From Patescibacteria group bacterium (GTDB lineage: Bacteria; Patescibacteriota; Minisyncoccia; Phycocordibacterales; Phycocordibacteraceae): DNA of 64,000 nucleotides. The notes under the pieces are model-generated. The model did not search any database. It was not told where the DNA came from and worked only from the letters and a program-made list of their open reading frames with translations. The stretch is taken from assembly GCA_024653825.1 (NCBI GenBank), contig JANLHF010000039.1:6945-70944 (forward strand), in the 5' to 3' direction. Made by a program: the position numbers and the translations under genes. Shown piece after piece: positions 19,509 through 26,409 of this stretch. Each line of letters starts with the position of its first letter. Position 1 is the first letter of the stretch.

Positions 19509-19540
19509 GAAAACGCACGGGGGAACCCCGTGCGTTTTGG
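19509..19540. terminator. Bidirectional intrinsic terminator
   Basis: A 13-bp stem (aaaacgcacgggg/ccccgtgcgtttt) is flanked by an A-tract and a T-tract. Confidence 0.6.
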
Positions 19541-19562
19541 TAATGGTGGTGCGCGATGCCGA

Positions 19563-20096
19563 TCAAACGGCCGGGATCATCATCCCGCCCTGGTAAGAAT
19601 GCCAGCCCAGGACTTCTCCGGGTGCTCCCGAGAGTCCCTGCCCTTTTCTCTGGATCTTTTCGTATCCCCTGAAGAAATTCGAGCCCTGGAAGTCGGTACG
19701 GAATGCGGGCTCGACGTCGTTGTGGTAGACGAGGCCTTCGTGAACAAACCCGTCCTGTCCGCGGCCGCCGAAGAATTTCTTCTCGGCGTGAGCGGCACTG
19801 AGCGCCGCCTTGAGGCAGGGAAGGGCTTCCTCCTGGCAGTGGCCGAAGCATTGTAGCGTCCATATCGGTACGTCTTCGTGGGCCATCAGCAACATGCCGA
19901 TGCCACGCGGTCCGAGAGGAGTGAGGATAGAACCGCCCTCGACTGTCCAGGGTCCTTCGGCGAAGTAAGTCCGCGGCATGCCGGCGATGTCGGAATAATC
20001 CGTGTAATCGGGCCCCATCGCTTTGAAGAACATCTCCTCCATTTTGGCGAGGCAGGCAGGCGTCTTTACAAACTCCCCAAGCTCCTCAGTATTCAT
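19563..20096 (-). CDS. Hypothetical protein (177 aa)
   Basis: The ORF has coding-like composition and is followed by the bidirectional terminator. Confidence 0.45.
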   Translation of the reverse strand: MNTEELGEFVKTPACLAKMEEMFFKAMGPDYTDYSDIAGMPRTYFAEGPWTVEGGSILTPLGPRGIGMLLMAHEDVPIWTLQCFGHCQEEALPCLKAALSAAHAEKKFFGGRGQDGFVHEGLVYHNDVEPAFRTDFQGSNFFRGYEKIQRKGQGLSGAPGEVLGWHSYQGGMMIPAV

Positions 20097-20190
20097 TCAC
20101 AGCTCCTTTAGCGCAGTTGTAAGAACTTCGTTGCAGACTTCATTTATACACGATTTATTTGCATCGTCAAATGCCTGCTATACTGCCCAC

Positions 20191-21051
20191 ATGAAGCAGA
20201 AAAGGGCAGTGAGGAACCACGGGAAGAAAAAAAGAGTACCGATTAAGCACTGGAGCCATTCCAGCCTAATGTCCTTCCTAAGGAATCCGCTTGCTTGGTA
20301 CAAGCGCTATGTGGAGGAGATATACGATACGCCGACGACGCCGGCGGCGGTTATCGGCAGCGCGGGGCACCTCGCGCTGGAGCACTATTATTCGGGTGCG
20401 CCCAAGGATATCGCGATACAAAAAGGGTTGGAATACGTGCGCAGTATTGGCGACTTTGAAATTAATTTTGGTCAAGCGAAAAGCAAAGCGGCGCGGCGCG
20501 CGAAGCGCGCCGCGATGGAGGCCGACTATCTACGCGCCATCGGGTATTACCTCGCGCGTCCGCCGAAGCACAAAGTGCTCGGCGTGGAGGTACGGGGTGT
20601 GGTTGAGGTTGAAGGGCTGCCAATCCCCATCAAGGCGATTTCAGACTTGGTGGTGGAATCAAAAGTGGAGAAAGGAGCGGTGGACATTGTGGACCATAAA
20701 TTCGTCGCTTCTTTCAGCAAGGGAGGCGCGGCGAAATCGCTCTTCGTGATTCAGGCACTTTTTAATTACTACACCGTACGGGAGATGTTCGGGAAGCCGG
20801 TCCGGCGCTTTATCGTGTATGAGTGTAAGAAAACAAAGAACGCCGACGGATCCCCGCAGATGCGACGATACGAAATCGATTTCCAGAAGCACGCTCAAGA
20901 TTTCAAAGTCTTCCATCGGCTCATCAACGATGCGACCGAGGAGATTTCGCGCCGGCGCGTGTATCTACCAAACCCCTCCGATATGTTTGAAGGCGACAGT
21001 TCTTTTGATATTTATCGGTTGGAATTAGTTTCCGAGGGCCTGGTCGATTAA
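20191..21051 (+). CDS. PD-(D/E)XK nuclease superfamily protein (RecB/Cas4-like core without an Fe-S cluster)
   Basis: The N-terminal WSHSSLMSFLRNPLAWYKRY and the D...DIVDHK catalytic motifs are present. The start is an internal ATG at 20191, preceded by a TATACT box. Confidence 0.6.
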   Translation: MKQKRAVRNHGKKKRVPIKHWSHSSLMSFLRNPLAWYKRYVEEIYDTPTTPAAVIGSAGHLALEHYYSGAPKDIAIQKGLEYVRSIGDFEINFGQAKSKAARRAKRAAMEADYLRAIGYYLARPPKHKVLGVEVRGVVEVEGLPIPIKAISDLVVESKVEKGAVDIVDHKFVASFSKGGAAKSLFVIQALFNYYTVREMFGKPVRRFIVYECKKTKNADGSPQMRRYEIDFQKHAQDFKVFHRLINDATEEISRRRVYLPNPSDMFEGDSSFDIYRLELVSEGLVD

Positions 21052-21696
21052 CTGCTTCACCGCGTCGTAGGAGTATGATCCTTTCATCAAGACTGGGGGC
21101 TTCCCGGTGACGAGAATGAGAGAATACGGTGTGCCGAGCGCACCCATATCAAGTGCGTTCTGTCGGTCATCCATGATGCGTGTGTTGAGTGCCAGAGAGG
21201 CATTTGCATAACACGTTGCGAAAGCGTCTCCCGAGATGCCGACCGTTCTTGCGTATTCTCCGTAGCGCACAGGATCGGCCGGCTGGTTCTTAAAGAGGGT
21301 GTCTGCGAATTTCCAAAAACCATCGTTGCCGGCGACCTGTGCGGCACACTCGGCGGCGCGCGCGTGGGAGAGGGCATTCGGATGAATTTCAGAAAGTGGG
21401 AACTCGCGGAGGACCCAGGCGACCTGGCCATTCACTCCCGCGTTCGCGATGACCTGATGCAGTGTTTCGTGGAAGTCTTTGCAATATTCACAGTCGAAGT
21501 CAGAGTATTCCACAATCATCACCTTAGCGGTCGGATTTCCGAGAATGTGATCATCAGCGCCGACGGGCCGCACCAGGGCCGGATTGTCGGAACCGGTATC
21601 GGTTGAAGGATCTTTCGGCATCGAAAAATAAACCGCCCCCGCGACGATGACGCCGCCGACGATAATTGCGATGGGGACGGTGAGAGAGGTTTTCAT
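21025..21696 (-). CDS. DsbA-family thiol:disulfide oxidoreductase (membrane-anchored)
   Basis: It has an N-terminal transmembrane helix and a thioredoxin-fold CEYC active site. Confidence 0.75.
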   Translation of the reverse strand: MKTSLTVPIAIIVGGVIVAGAVYFSMPKDPSTDTGSDNPALVRPVGADDHILGNPTAKVMIVEYSDFDCEYCKDFHETLHQVIANAGVNGQVAWVLREFPLSEIHPNALSHARAAECAAQVAGNDGFWKFADTLFKNQPADPVRYGEYARTVGISGDAFATCYANASLALNTRIMDDRQNALDMGALGTPYSLILVTGKPPVLMKGSYSYDAVKQLIDQALGN

Positions 21697-22274
21697 AATG
21701 GCAGCGCGTGAGTCATCGAGGGGATAAGATGCGCATCGCTCTCCCAGAGGGACGTGTCGATCTTAATATCACGGATGTCGCGCAGGTCTTTGTATTTCAG
21801 TATACCGTGCTTGAGCGCGTAGTCGTAGAGTTCGCGCGTAAGGCGCACGTCCTCGATGCAGTATTCGGCAACCTTTTCTCGCTTGCCTTCCTTCCACCAT
21901 TCGCCGGCCTTGAGCCCATCGCCTTTTTTCCCTTTCCCGAGCGTCGCTTCGGCGAGCGACTGGAGGCGGATGCGCCGGCCGAGCACCTTCTGTACTTCGC
22001 TTAAGAGGTCCAGAGAGCGCAGACGGGAGAGATCTCCCGGGTAATAACGATTAAGAAGAGGGATATCAAAGGAGTCGGAATTAAAACCGATGAGCATATC
22101 CGTACGTTCGAGTATCGACCACAGCCTCGGTAGATCCTCTTTAAAATAGGAGGAGTAAGCGCCCGTCTCCGAATCGTGGATGGCGACGACAGTGAGTTCC
22201 TGCTCATCTACGTCCACACGACCACGCACGAGAGAATCGGATATGGATTCAATATCAAACGTGATGGCGCGCAT
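21693..22274 (-). CDS. DEDD-family 3'-5' exonuclease (DnaQ/RNase T-like)
   Basis: The Exo I (FDIES), Exo II (GFNSDSFDIP) and Exo III (YCIEDV) motifs are present. The gene is in an apparent operon with hisS and the dsbA-like gene. Confidence 0.65.
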   Translation of the reverse strand: MRAITFDIESISDSLVRGRVDVDEQELTVVAIHDSETGAYSSYFKEDLPRLWSILERTDMLIGFNSDSFDIPLLNRYYPGDLSRLRSLDLLSEVQKVLGRRIRLQSLAEATLGKGKKGDGLKAGEWWKEGKREKVAEYCIEDVRLTRELYDYALKHGILKYKDLRDIRDIKIDTSLWESDAHLIPSMTHALPL

Positions 22275-22277
22275 AAT

Positions 22278-23546
22278 CTATGAACCGGCGCGTACGCGCG
22301 CCGGTAGTTCCGAGACGGGCAGTCCGGCTTCTTCGCCGGTCGCGAGGATTTTCATGCGGACGGTGCCTTTTGCGACCTCGTCCGCGCCATAGGCGATGAA
22401 GAGGGGAATATCGCGCTTCACCGCGTCTTTGATCTGGTCGCCGAGTCCGCGAGTCGTGAGATTGACGAACACGCGCGATCCTTGCGCGCGGAGCGTATCG
22501 GCGAATGCTTGAGCAGCAGGGATGTCTCCCTCGGTCGGCGTGCCGAGATAGAGCTGTGGTTTCCCCTCGTTCCCGCTCGGAGCGAGTTGATGTGTTTCGA
22601 GAAAGTCGGCAAACGAGACATCCCCCATACCAAAGCCAATCGCAGGGACTGGGTCACCACCGAAGAGTGCCATTAATCCGTCATATCGCCCGCCGCCGAA
22701 GAGTGCGCGAGGGTTCGCGGGGTCGGTGTCGTACACCTCGAAGACTGTGCCGGTGTAATAGTCGAAGCCACGCGTGATGCCCACATCAAATACGATATTT
22801 TCGACGCCGCGCATTTTGAGTGTTTCGATGCGATCGAGGAGTTTCCGTTTCTCAAGAGCGACCTCTGGAGCTTCACTTGAATGTTCGATGAGCGAGAGAG
22901 GGTCCTTCGCAGCGATAGTTGCTGAGGCCGCGGCGAATGCTTCCGGGGCCATCTTCGCTTTTTTATCAAGAAGCCGAAGGTATTGACGGACCTGTTCGCC
23001 CTTGAGTCCGGCCGCTTCGCACGCAGCGTTTAGAAGGGCGCGTGAATTCATACGGATGACAAAGTCGCTCTCGGTGGCGCCAAACGCTTTTACTATCGCC
23101 GAGATGATTTGGATTGTTTCTATATCTGCTTCTCCCTCCGGAAGGCCGACAAGATCGACGTCAAGCTGATAGAACTCGCGCAGGCGACCCTTCTGCGGGC
23201 GTTCATAGCGGAAGCGGTTGCCGATAGAGAACCAGCGGAGCGGGAAGGCGAGCTCGCGGCGCTTATTCGCCACCATGCGTGCGAGGGTCGGAGTCATCTC
23301 CGGCCGGAGTGTTACGCGACGGTCTCCGCGGTCGGTGAAGGTGTAGGTTTGTTCGTTTACGATCTCTTCTGACGTTTTTGCCTCATATAATTCAGCGCGC
23401 TCCAAGGGGGAAGCGTTGTATTCTTCATAACCCCACTCCCGAAGCGTCTGTCGGATGCGCGCGAACATCACCTCCATCCTTACCCAGTCGGCAGGATAGA
23501 AGTCGCGAACGCCCTTATAGGATTCGGTTGAAAGCGTTTCAGACAT
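22278..23546 (-). CDS. hisS: Histidine--tRNA ligase
   Basis: The class II aaRS motifs RGFDYYTGTVFEV and GGGRYDGL are present, along with the anticodon-binding domain. Confidence 0.92.
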   Translation of the reverse strand: MSETLSTESYKGVRDFYPADWVRMEVMFARIRQTLREWGYEEYNASPLERAELYEAKTSEEIVNEQTYTFTDRGDRRVTLRPEMTPTLARMVANKRRELAFPLRWFSIGNRFRYERPQKGRLREFYQLDVDLVGLPEGEADIETIQIISAIVKAFGATESDFVIRMNSRALLNAACEAAGLKGEQVRQYLRLLDKKAKMAPEAFAAASATIAAKDPLSLIEHSSEAPEVALEKRKLLDRIETLKMRGVENIVFDVGITRGFDYYTGTVFEVYDTDPANPRALFGGGRYDGLMALFGGDPVPAIGFGMGDVSFADFLETHQLAPSGNEGKPQLYLGTPTEGDIPAAQAFADTLRAQGSRVFVNLTTRGLGDQIKDAVKRDIPLFIAYGADEVAKGTVRMKILATGEEAGLPVSELPARVRAGS

Positions 23547-23623
23547 AGAACGATTTTACCACGAGCAGCTTTTGAGTTATACTCGCCACCGGAATCGTCC
23601 ACCAACTCTTGGAGAGAGTCAAT

Positions 23624-23803
23624 ATGGAGCCGATATACAAACCGCCGTCTCCGCCAGCGAGAGTGGCAAGAAGATCCTTCAAACTCTGTAGCGAATGCTT
23701 CGCTTCGCTCGTTAAGATCAACAAGGGACATCCGCTGACGTGTTCGGTATCCTGTGAGCGTCAACGCCAGCGAAGGGAAAACGAGGATTTACTACGCACC
23801 TAA
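23624..23803 (+). CDS. Small basic zinc-ribbon protein (59 aa; CxxC...CxxxC)
   Basis: It has a GGAGAG SD-like sequence 7 nt upstream. The product is a cysteine pair-containing small ORF. Confidence 0.3.
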   Translation: MEPIYKPPSPPARVARRSFKLCSECFASLVKINKGHPLTCSVSCERQRQRRENEDLLRT

Positions 23804-23808
23804 CACGC

Positions 23809-23837
23809 TTGACAAACATTCTGTTGGGTACAATTAT
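23809..23837 (+). promoter_or_regulatory. Sigma-70-like promoter (perfect -35 TTGACA, 17-bp spacer, weak -10)
   Basis: The sequence is TTGACA-aacattctgttgggtac-AATTAT, upstream of a 31-codon ORF with an AAGGAG SD. Confidence 0.4.
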
Positions 23838-23867
23838 AGTACTTGGGTAACCAAGAAGGAGAATGTG

Positions 23868-23963
23868 ATGGATCCGCCGTTGATGAACTCTCTGCTGTTC
23901 CAGTCCCGGTCGTGCCTTGGGAGGCGCGCACACCAACCCCTTGGAGACGTCGGAAGGAGGTGA
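23868..23963 (+). CDS. 31-aa small ORF whose stop codon is embedded in GGAAGGAGGTGATCC
   Basis: An AAGGAG SD lies 6 nt upstream of the ATG. The ORF ends with TGA inside a 13-nt perfect complement of the 16S 3' tail. Confidence 0.3.
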   Translation: MDPPLMNSLLFQSRSCLGRRAHQPLGDVGRR

Positions 23964-24012
23964 TCCAGTCGCGGCGGGGCTAAACCCCCTGCCAACCTTG
24001 TTTCAGCAACAC

Positions 24013-24046
24013 AGAGGAGGGACATTGTTCCCTCCTTTTACTTTTC
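24013..24046 (+). terminator. Intrinsic terminator
   Basis: An aggaggga-cattgt-tccctcct hairpin is followed by TTTACTTTT. Confidence 0.5.
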
Positions 24047-24584
24047 AGAGCCCGTCGTTCTTCGATGGCTCTTCAGAAACGTATTTTAATATGAGGTCGC
24101 GCATTTGTTCCGGATGGGGAATGCCGCGCATAGTAAACTCAATTTCGGCGCCGGCGCTCTGGACCTTGATATTGCCGAGATTAAGAAGCGAAGAAACAAT
24201 CCCCGTCACATTGGTGGTCACGTCCTGCACGCGCGGTAAAAGGAGGCTTGATACTTCGCGAACGAAGAAACGGCGCTGTTTGATAGTCGCGATGCGCTGA
24301 TTGGTGAGGATCCATGCGTTGAGGAAATAGCGAGTGAAGGCGCCCCATGCGCTTGTCCAGGTGACGAGGAGCCACACGCCGAGCCCCGCGCGCCCGAGGA
24401 CCGTATGGTAGTCAAAGAGACTCGCGTACTTCGCAAGAGGCGGCACGAGTACCAAGAGTTTTGGGAGTGCGAAGGGGATAACCGCAAGGATAGCGAAGGG
24501 CAAGAGCTCTCCGAGGAAGAGGAACCAATGCTTACGTACCGTCTTCACAATATGTTCACCCGGACTTAGTTCAAATTCTTTCAT
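24045..24584 (-). CDS. Membrane-flanked bacterial PH-domain protein (YdbS/YdbT-like)
   Basis: Two N-terminal transmembrane helices are followed by a bPH_2-like domain. Confidence 0.6.
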   Translation of the reverse strand: MKEFELSPGEHIVKTVRKHWFLFLGELLPFAILAVIPFALPKLLVLVPPLAKYASLFDYHTVLGRAGLGVWLLVTWTSAWGAFTRYFLNAWILTNQRIATIKQRRFFVREVSSLLLPRVQDVTTNVTGIVSSLLNLGNIKVQSAGAEIEFTMRGIPHPEQMRDLILKYVSEEPSKNDGL

Positions 24585-24589
24585 ATAAT

Positions 24590-24877
24590 TTATGGCAGAT
24601 AGGAAGTGAAAAAGAAGGAGCTACCGGAGAGGGTATAAGAAATAAGCACGAACGATATGAGAAGGTGCACGGCCATCGCGGGGAAGGCGATCCACGACGC
24701 ATGAGAATATTTAAGCCAGTGATAGATAGCGACGAGCGTATAAATCGCCCAGAAGATGAAGACGGCGTAGAGCACCCACTCGACAGCAACGCCTAAGGAG
24801 CCCTTGAACTGGAACGGTAACCAATAATCAGAAACGAAATCAGGCGGAGAAAACGGCTGAAGCGGCTGGTCGAGCAT
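24590..24877 (-). CDS. Small hydrophobic membrane protein (95 aa)
   Basis: The ORF is hydrophobic with transmembrane-like segments and is coupled to its neighbours. Confidence 0.35.
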   Translation of the reverse strand: MLDQPLQPFSPPDFVSDYWLPFQFKGSLGVAVEWVLYAVFIFWAIYTLVAIYHWLKYSHASWIAFPAMAVHLLISFVLISYTLSGSSFFFTSYLP

Positions 24878-25671
24878 TACGTATAGGATACAACAATCAC
24901 ACGGGGCTTGCTGTACTGGTCAGTGCGTATCTCGGCCGTGAGGCCCTGTTCCACAAAAAGCGCGGCCGCAGCGGCCGCGTGTCCGCGGTCGCACTCGATC
25001 CACGCGACTCCGCCTTTGGCGAGATGCCTTGGGAGCGCGAGCGCGATGCGGCGGATATAATCGAGTCCGTCATCTCCGGCCATGAGTGCGAGAGAGGGTT
25101 CGTAGTCGGCGACGCTCGGCGGAAGCACATGGCTAGTGGGGACGTAGGGCGGGTTCGTAGCGATGACATCAAATTTCATATCCTCAAATGGTTCAAGGAG
25201 GTCGCCGATGCAAATGTGTGCGTGGCTCTCGTCCAGATTATTTTCTTGAATGTTTTTTAAAATAGTCGCCTTGTGTGCGGGATCGATCTCGCCGAAATAG
25301 ACTTGTGCATTGGGAATCTTCGCGAGCGCCGCACACCCGATGGCGCCGCTCCCTGCACATAAATCAAGGAATTTCAGTTGCTCGCCGGCAGGCCCAAAAG
25401 TGGGCGCGCTCCGGGCCGCTAGGCCAAGTCTTACCCCCACTTTTGGGCCTGCCGGTTCGCTTTTCAACAATTGCTCGGTCCACCACTCAGTCTCGGGGCG
25501 GGGGATGAGTGGCTTGGAATCTAGATAGATTTTCAGACCCAGAAAGGGTTGCCAGCCGATGACGTAGGCCAGCGGCTCGCCTCCGGCGAGCCGCTTCCTA
25601 TCTTCTTCAAAATGGGGGGTTCGTACCCCATCATATTTTTCTTCCAGAAGATGTTGTTCGTCTTTAGTCAT
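24877..25671 (-). CDS. prmC: Release factor glutamine methyltransferase PrmC/HemK
   Basis: It has the NPPY motif and an LDLCAGSGAIG SAM-binding site. It carries an in-frame 72-bp hairpin-element insertion. Confidence 0.85.
   Translation of the reverse strand: MTKDEQHLLEEKYDGVRTPHFEEDRKRLAGGEPLAYVIGWQPFLGLKIYLDSKPLIPRPETEWWTEQLLKSEPAGPKVGVRLGLAARSAPTFGPAGEQLKFLDLCAGSGAIGCAALAKIPNAQVYFGEIDPAHKATILKNIQENNLDESHAHICIGDLLEPFEDMKFDVIATNPPYVPTSHVLPPSVADYEPSLALMAGDDGLDYIRRIALALPRHLAKGGVAWIECDRGHAAAAAALFVEQGLTAEIRTDQYSKPRVIVVSYT
25384..25455. repeat. E2 hairpin element, copy 1, in-frame inside prmC: a 21-bp perfect inverted repeat around a 30-nt conserved core
   Basis: The sequence is gccggcaggcccaaaagtggg - CGCGCTCCGGGCCGCTAGGCCAAGTCTTAC - cccacttttgggcctgccgg. 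The core is shared with the copy at 63436..63466. Confidence 0.7.
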
Positions 25672-25742
25672 AATATAAAGAACGGTACCATATATAACAA
25701 AACGCCCCGAGAGGGGCGTTTTGTGCTGTGTAGCGTGGCTGA

Positions 25743-26117
25743 TTAATAGCCACCACGGCCATAACCGCCTTGGCCACCGTAGCCACCGCGATCACCACCG
25801 CCGAAACCGCCACCTCCGCCTTCACGGCGAGGAGGGCGATCACCCTGCGGGCGAGCAAAAGAAACGGAGAGCGTGCGCCCGTCCATCTCCTTGCCGTCCC
25901 ACTTGTCGATAGCCGCCTGAGCTTCCGCCTCGGTTGCCATCTCGACGAAGCCGAACCCGCGTGAGCGACCCGTCATACGATCAGAAATAATGCTCGCAGA
26001 AACGACATTGCCGGCCTCACCGAAGGCCTTCTTAAGATCGTCTTCTGTCGAGCGATAGGGGATACCACCCACGTAGAGCTTGTTTCCCTGAACTGAATCT
26101 GCTGATGCTGTGTCCAT
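25743..26117 (-). CDS. RRM-type RNA-binding protein with a Gly-rich C-terminal tail
   Basis: The RNP2/RNP1 motifs are KLYVGGIPY and RGFGFVEM. Confidence 0.85.
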   Translation of the reverse strand: MDTASADSVQGNKLYVGGIPYRSTEDDLKKAFGEAGNVVSASIISDRMTGRSRGFGFVEMATEAEAQAAIDKWDGKEMDGRTLSVSFARPQGDRPPRREGGGGGFGGGDRGGYGGQGGYGRGGY

Positions 26118-26409
26118 GTATTGGATTTAACTAAGTAACCTCGCCGAAACTGAACACTTGCGGTCTTACGACCGAGCGAAGCTCGAATACTCTGCGAGTT
26201 GCAGAAAGTATGCCAGAAATACTCATCAAACGCAAGGAGGTGTGGATAATCTCCCTTGCATTGACAGAAAAACGTGGGGGTGTACATTCGCGTTAGGAGG
26301 AGGTGCGAAATCAGCAGGCGACGGGCATGCCGCTTTCAAAGTGATTTTTTATACAGATTTTGCTTCATTTCTCCATTATTACAGGGCGGTTTCTTAAAAC
26401 ATACCATCT

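Noticed and set aside
19485-19856. A plus-strand 123-aa ORF immediately after the second 27-bp repeat.
   Set aside because: It spans the bidirectional terminator hairpin and runs antisense to the better-supported minus-strand gene at 19563..20096.
23946-25500. Possibility of a complete 16S rRNA gene on the minus strand ending at the GGATCACCTCCTT match.
   Set aside because: The upstream 1.5 kb is occupied by well-formed protein genes (a PH-domain protein and prmC). Only the roughly 60-nt 3'-terminal mimic is present.
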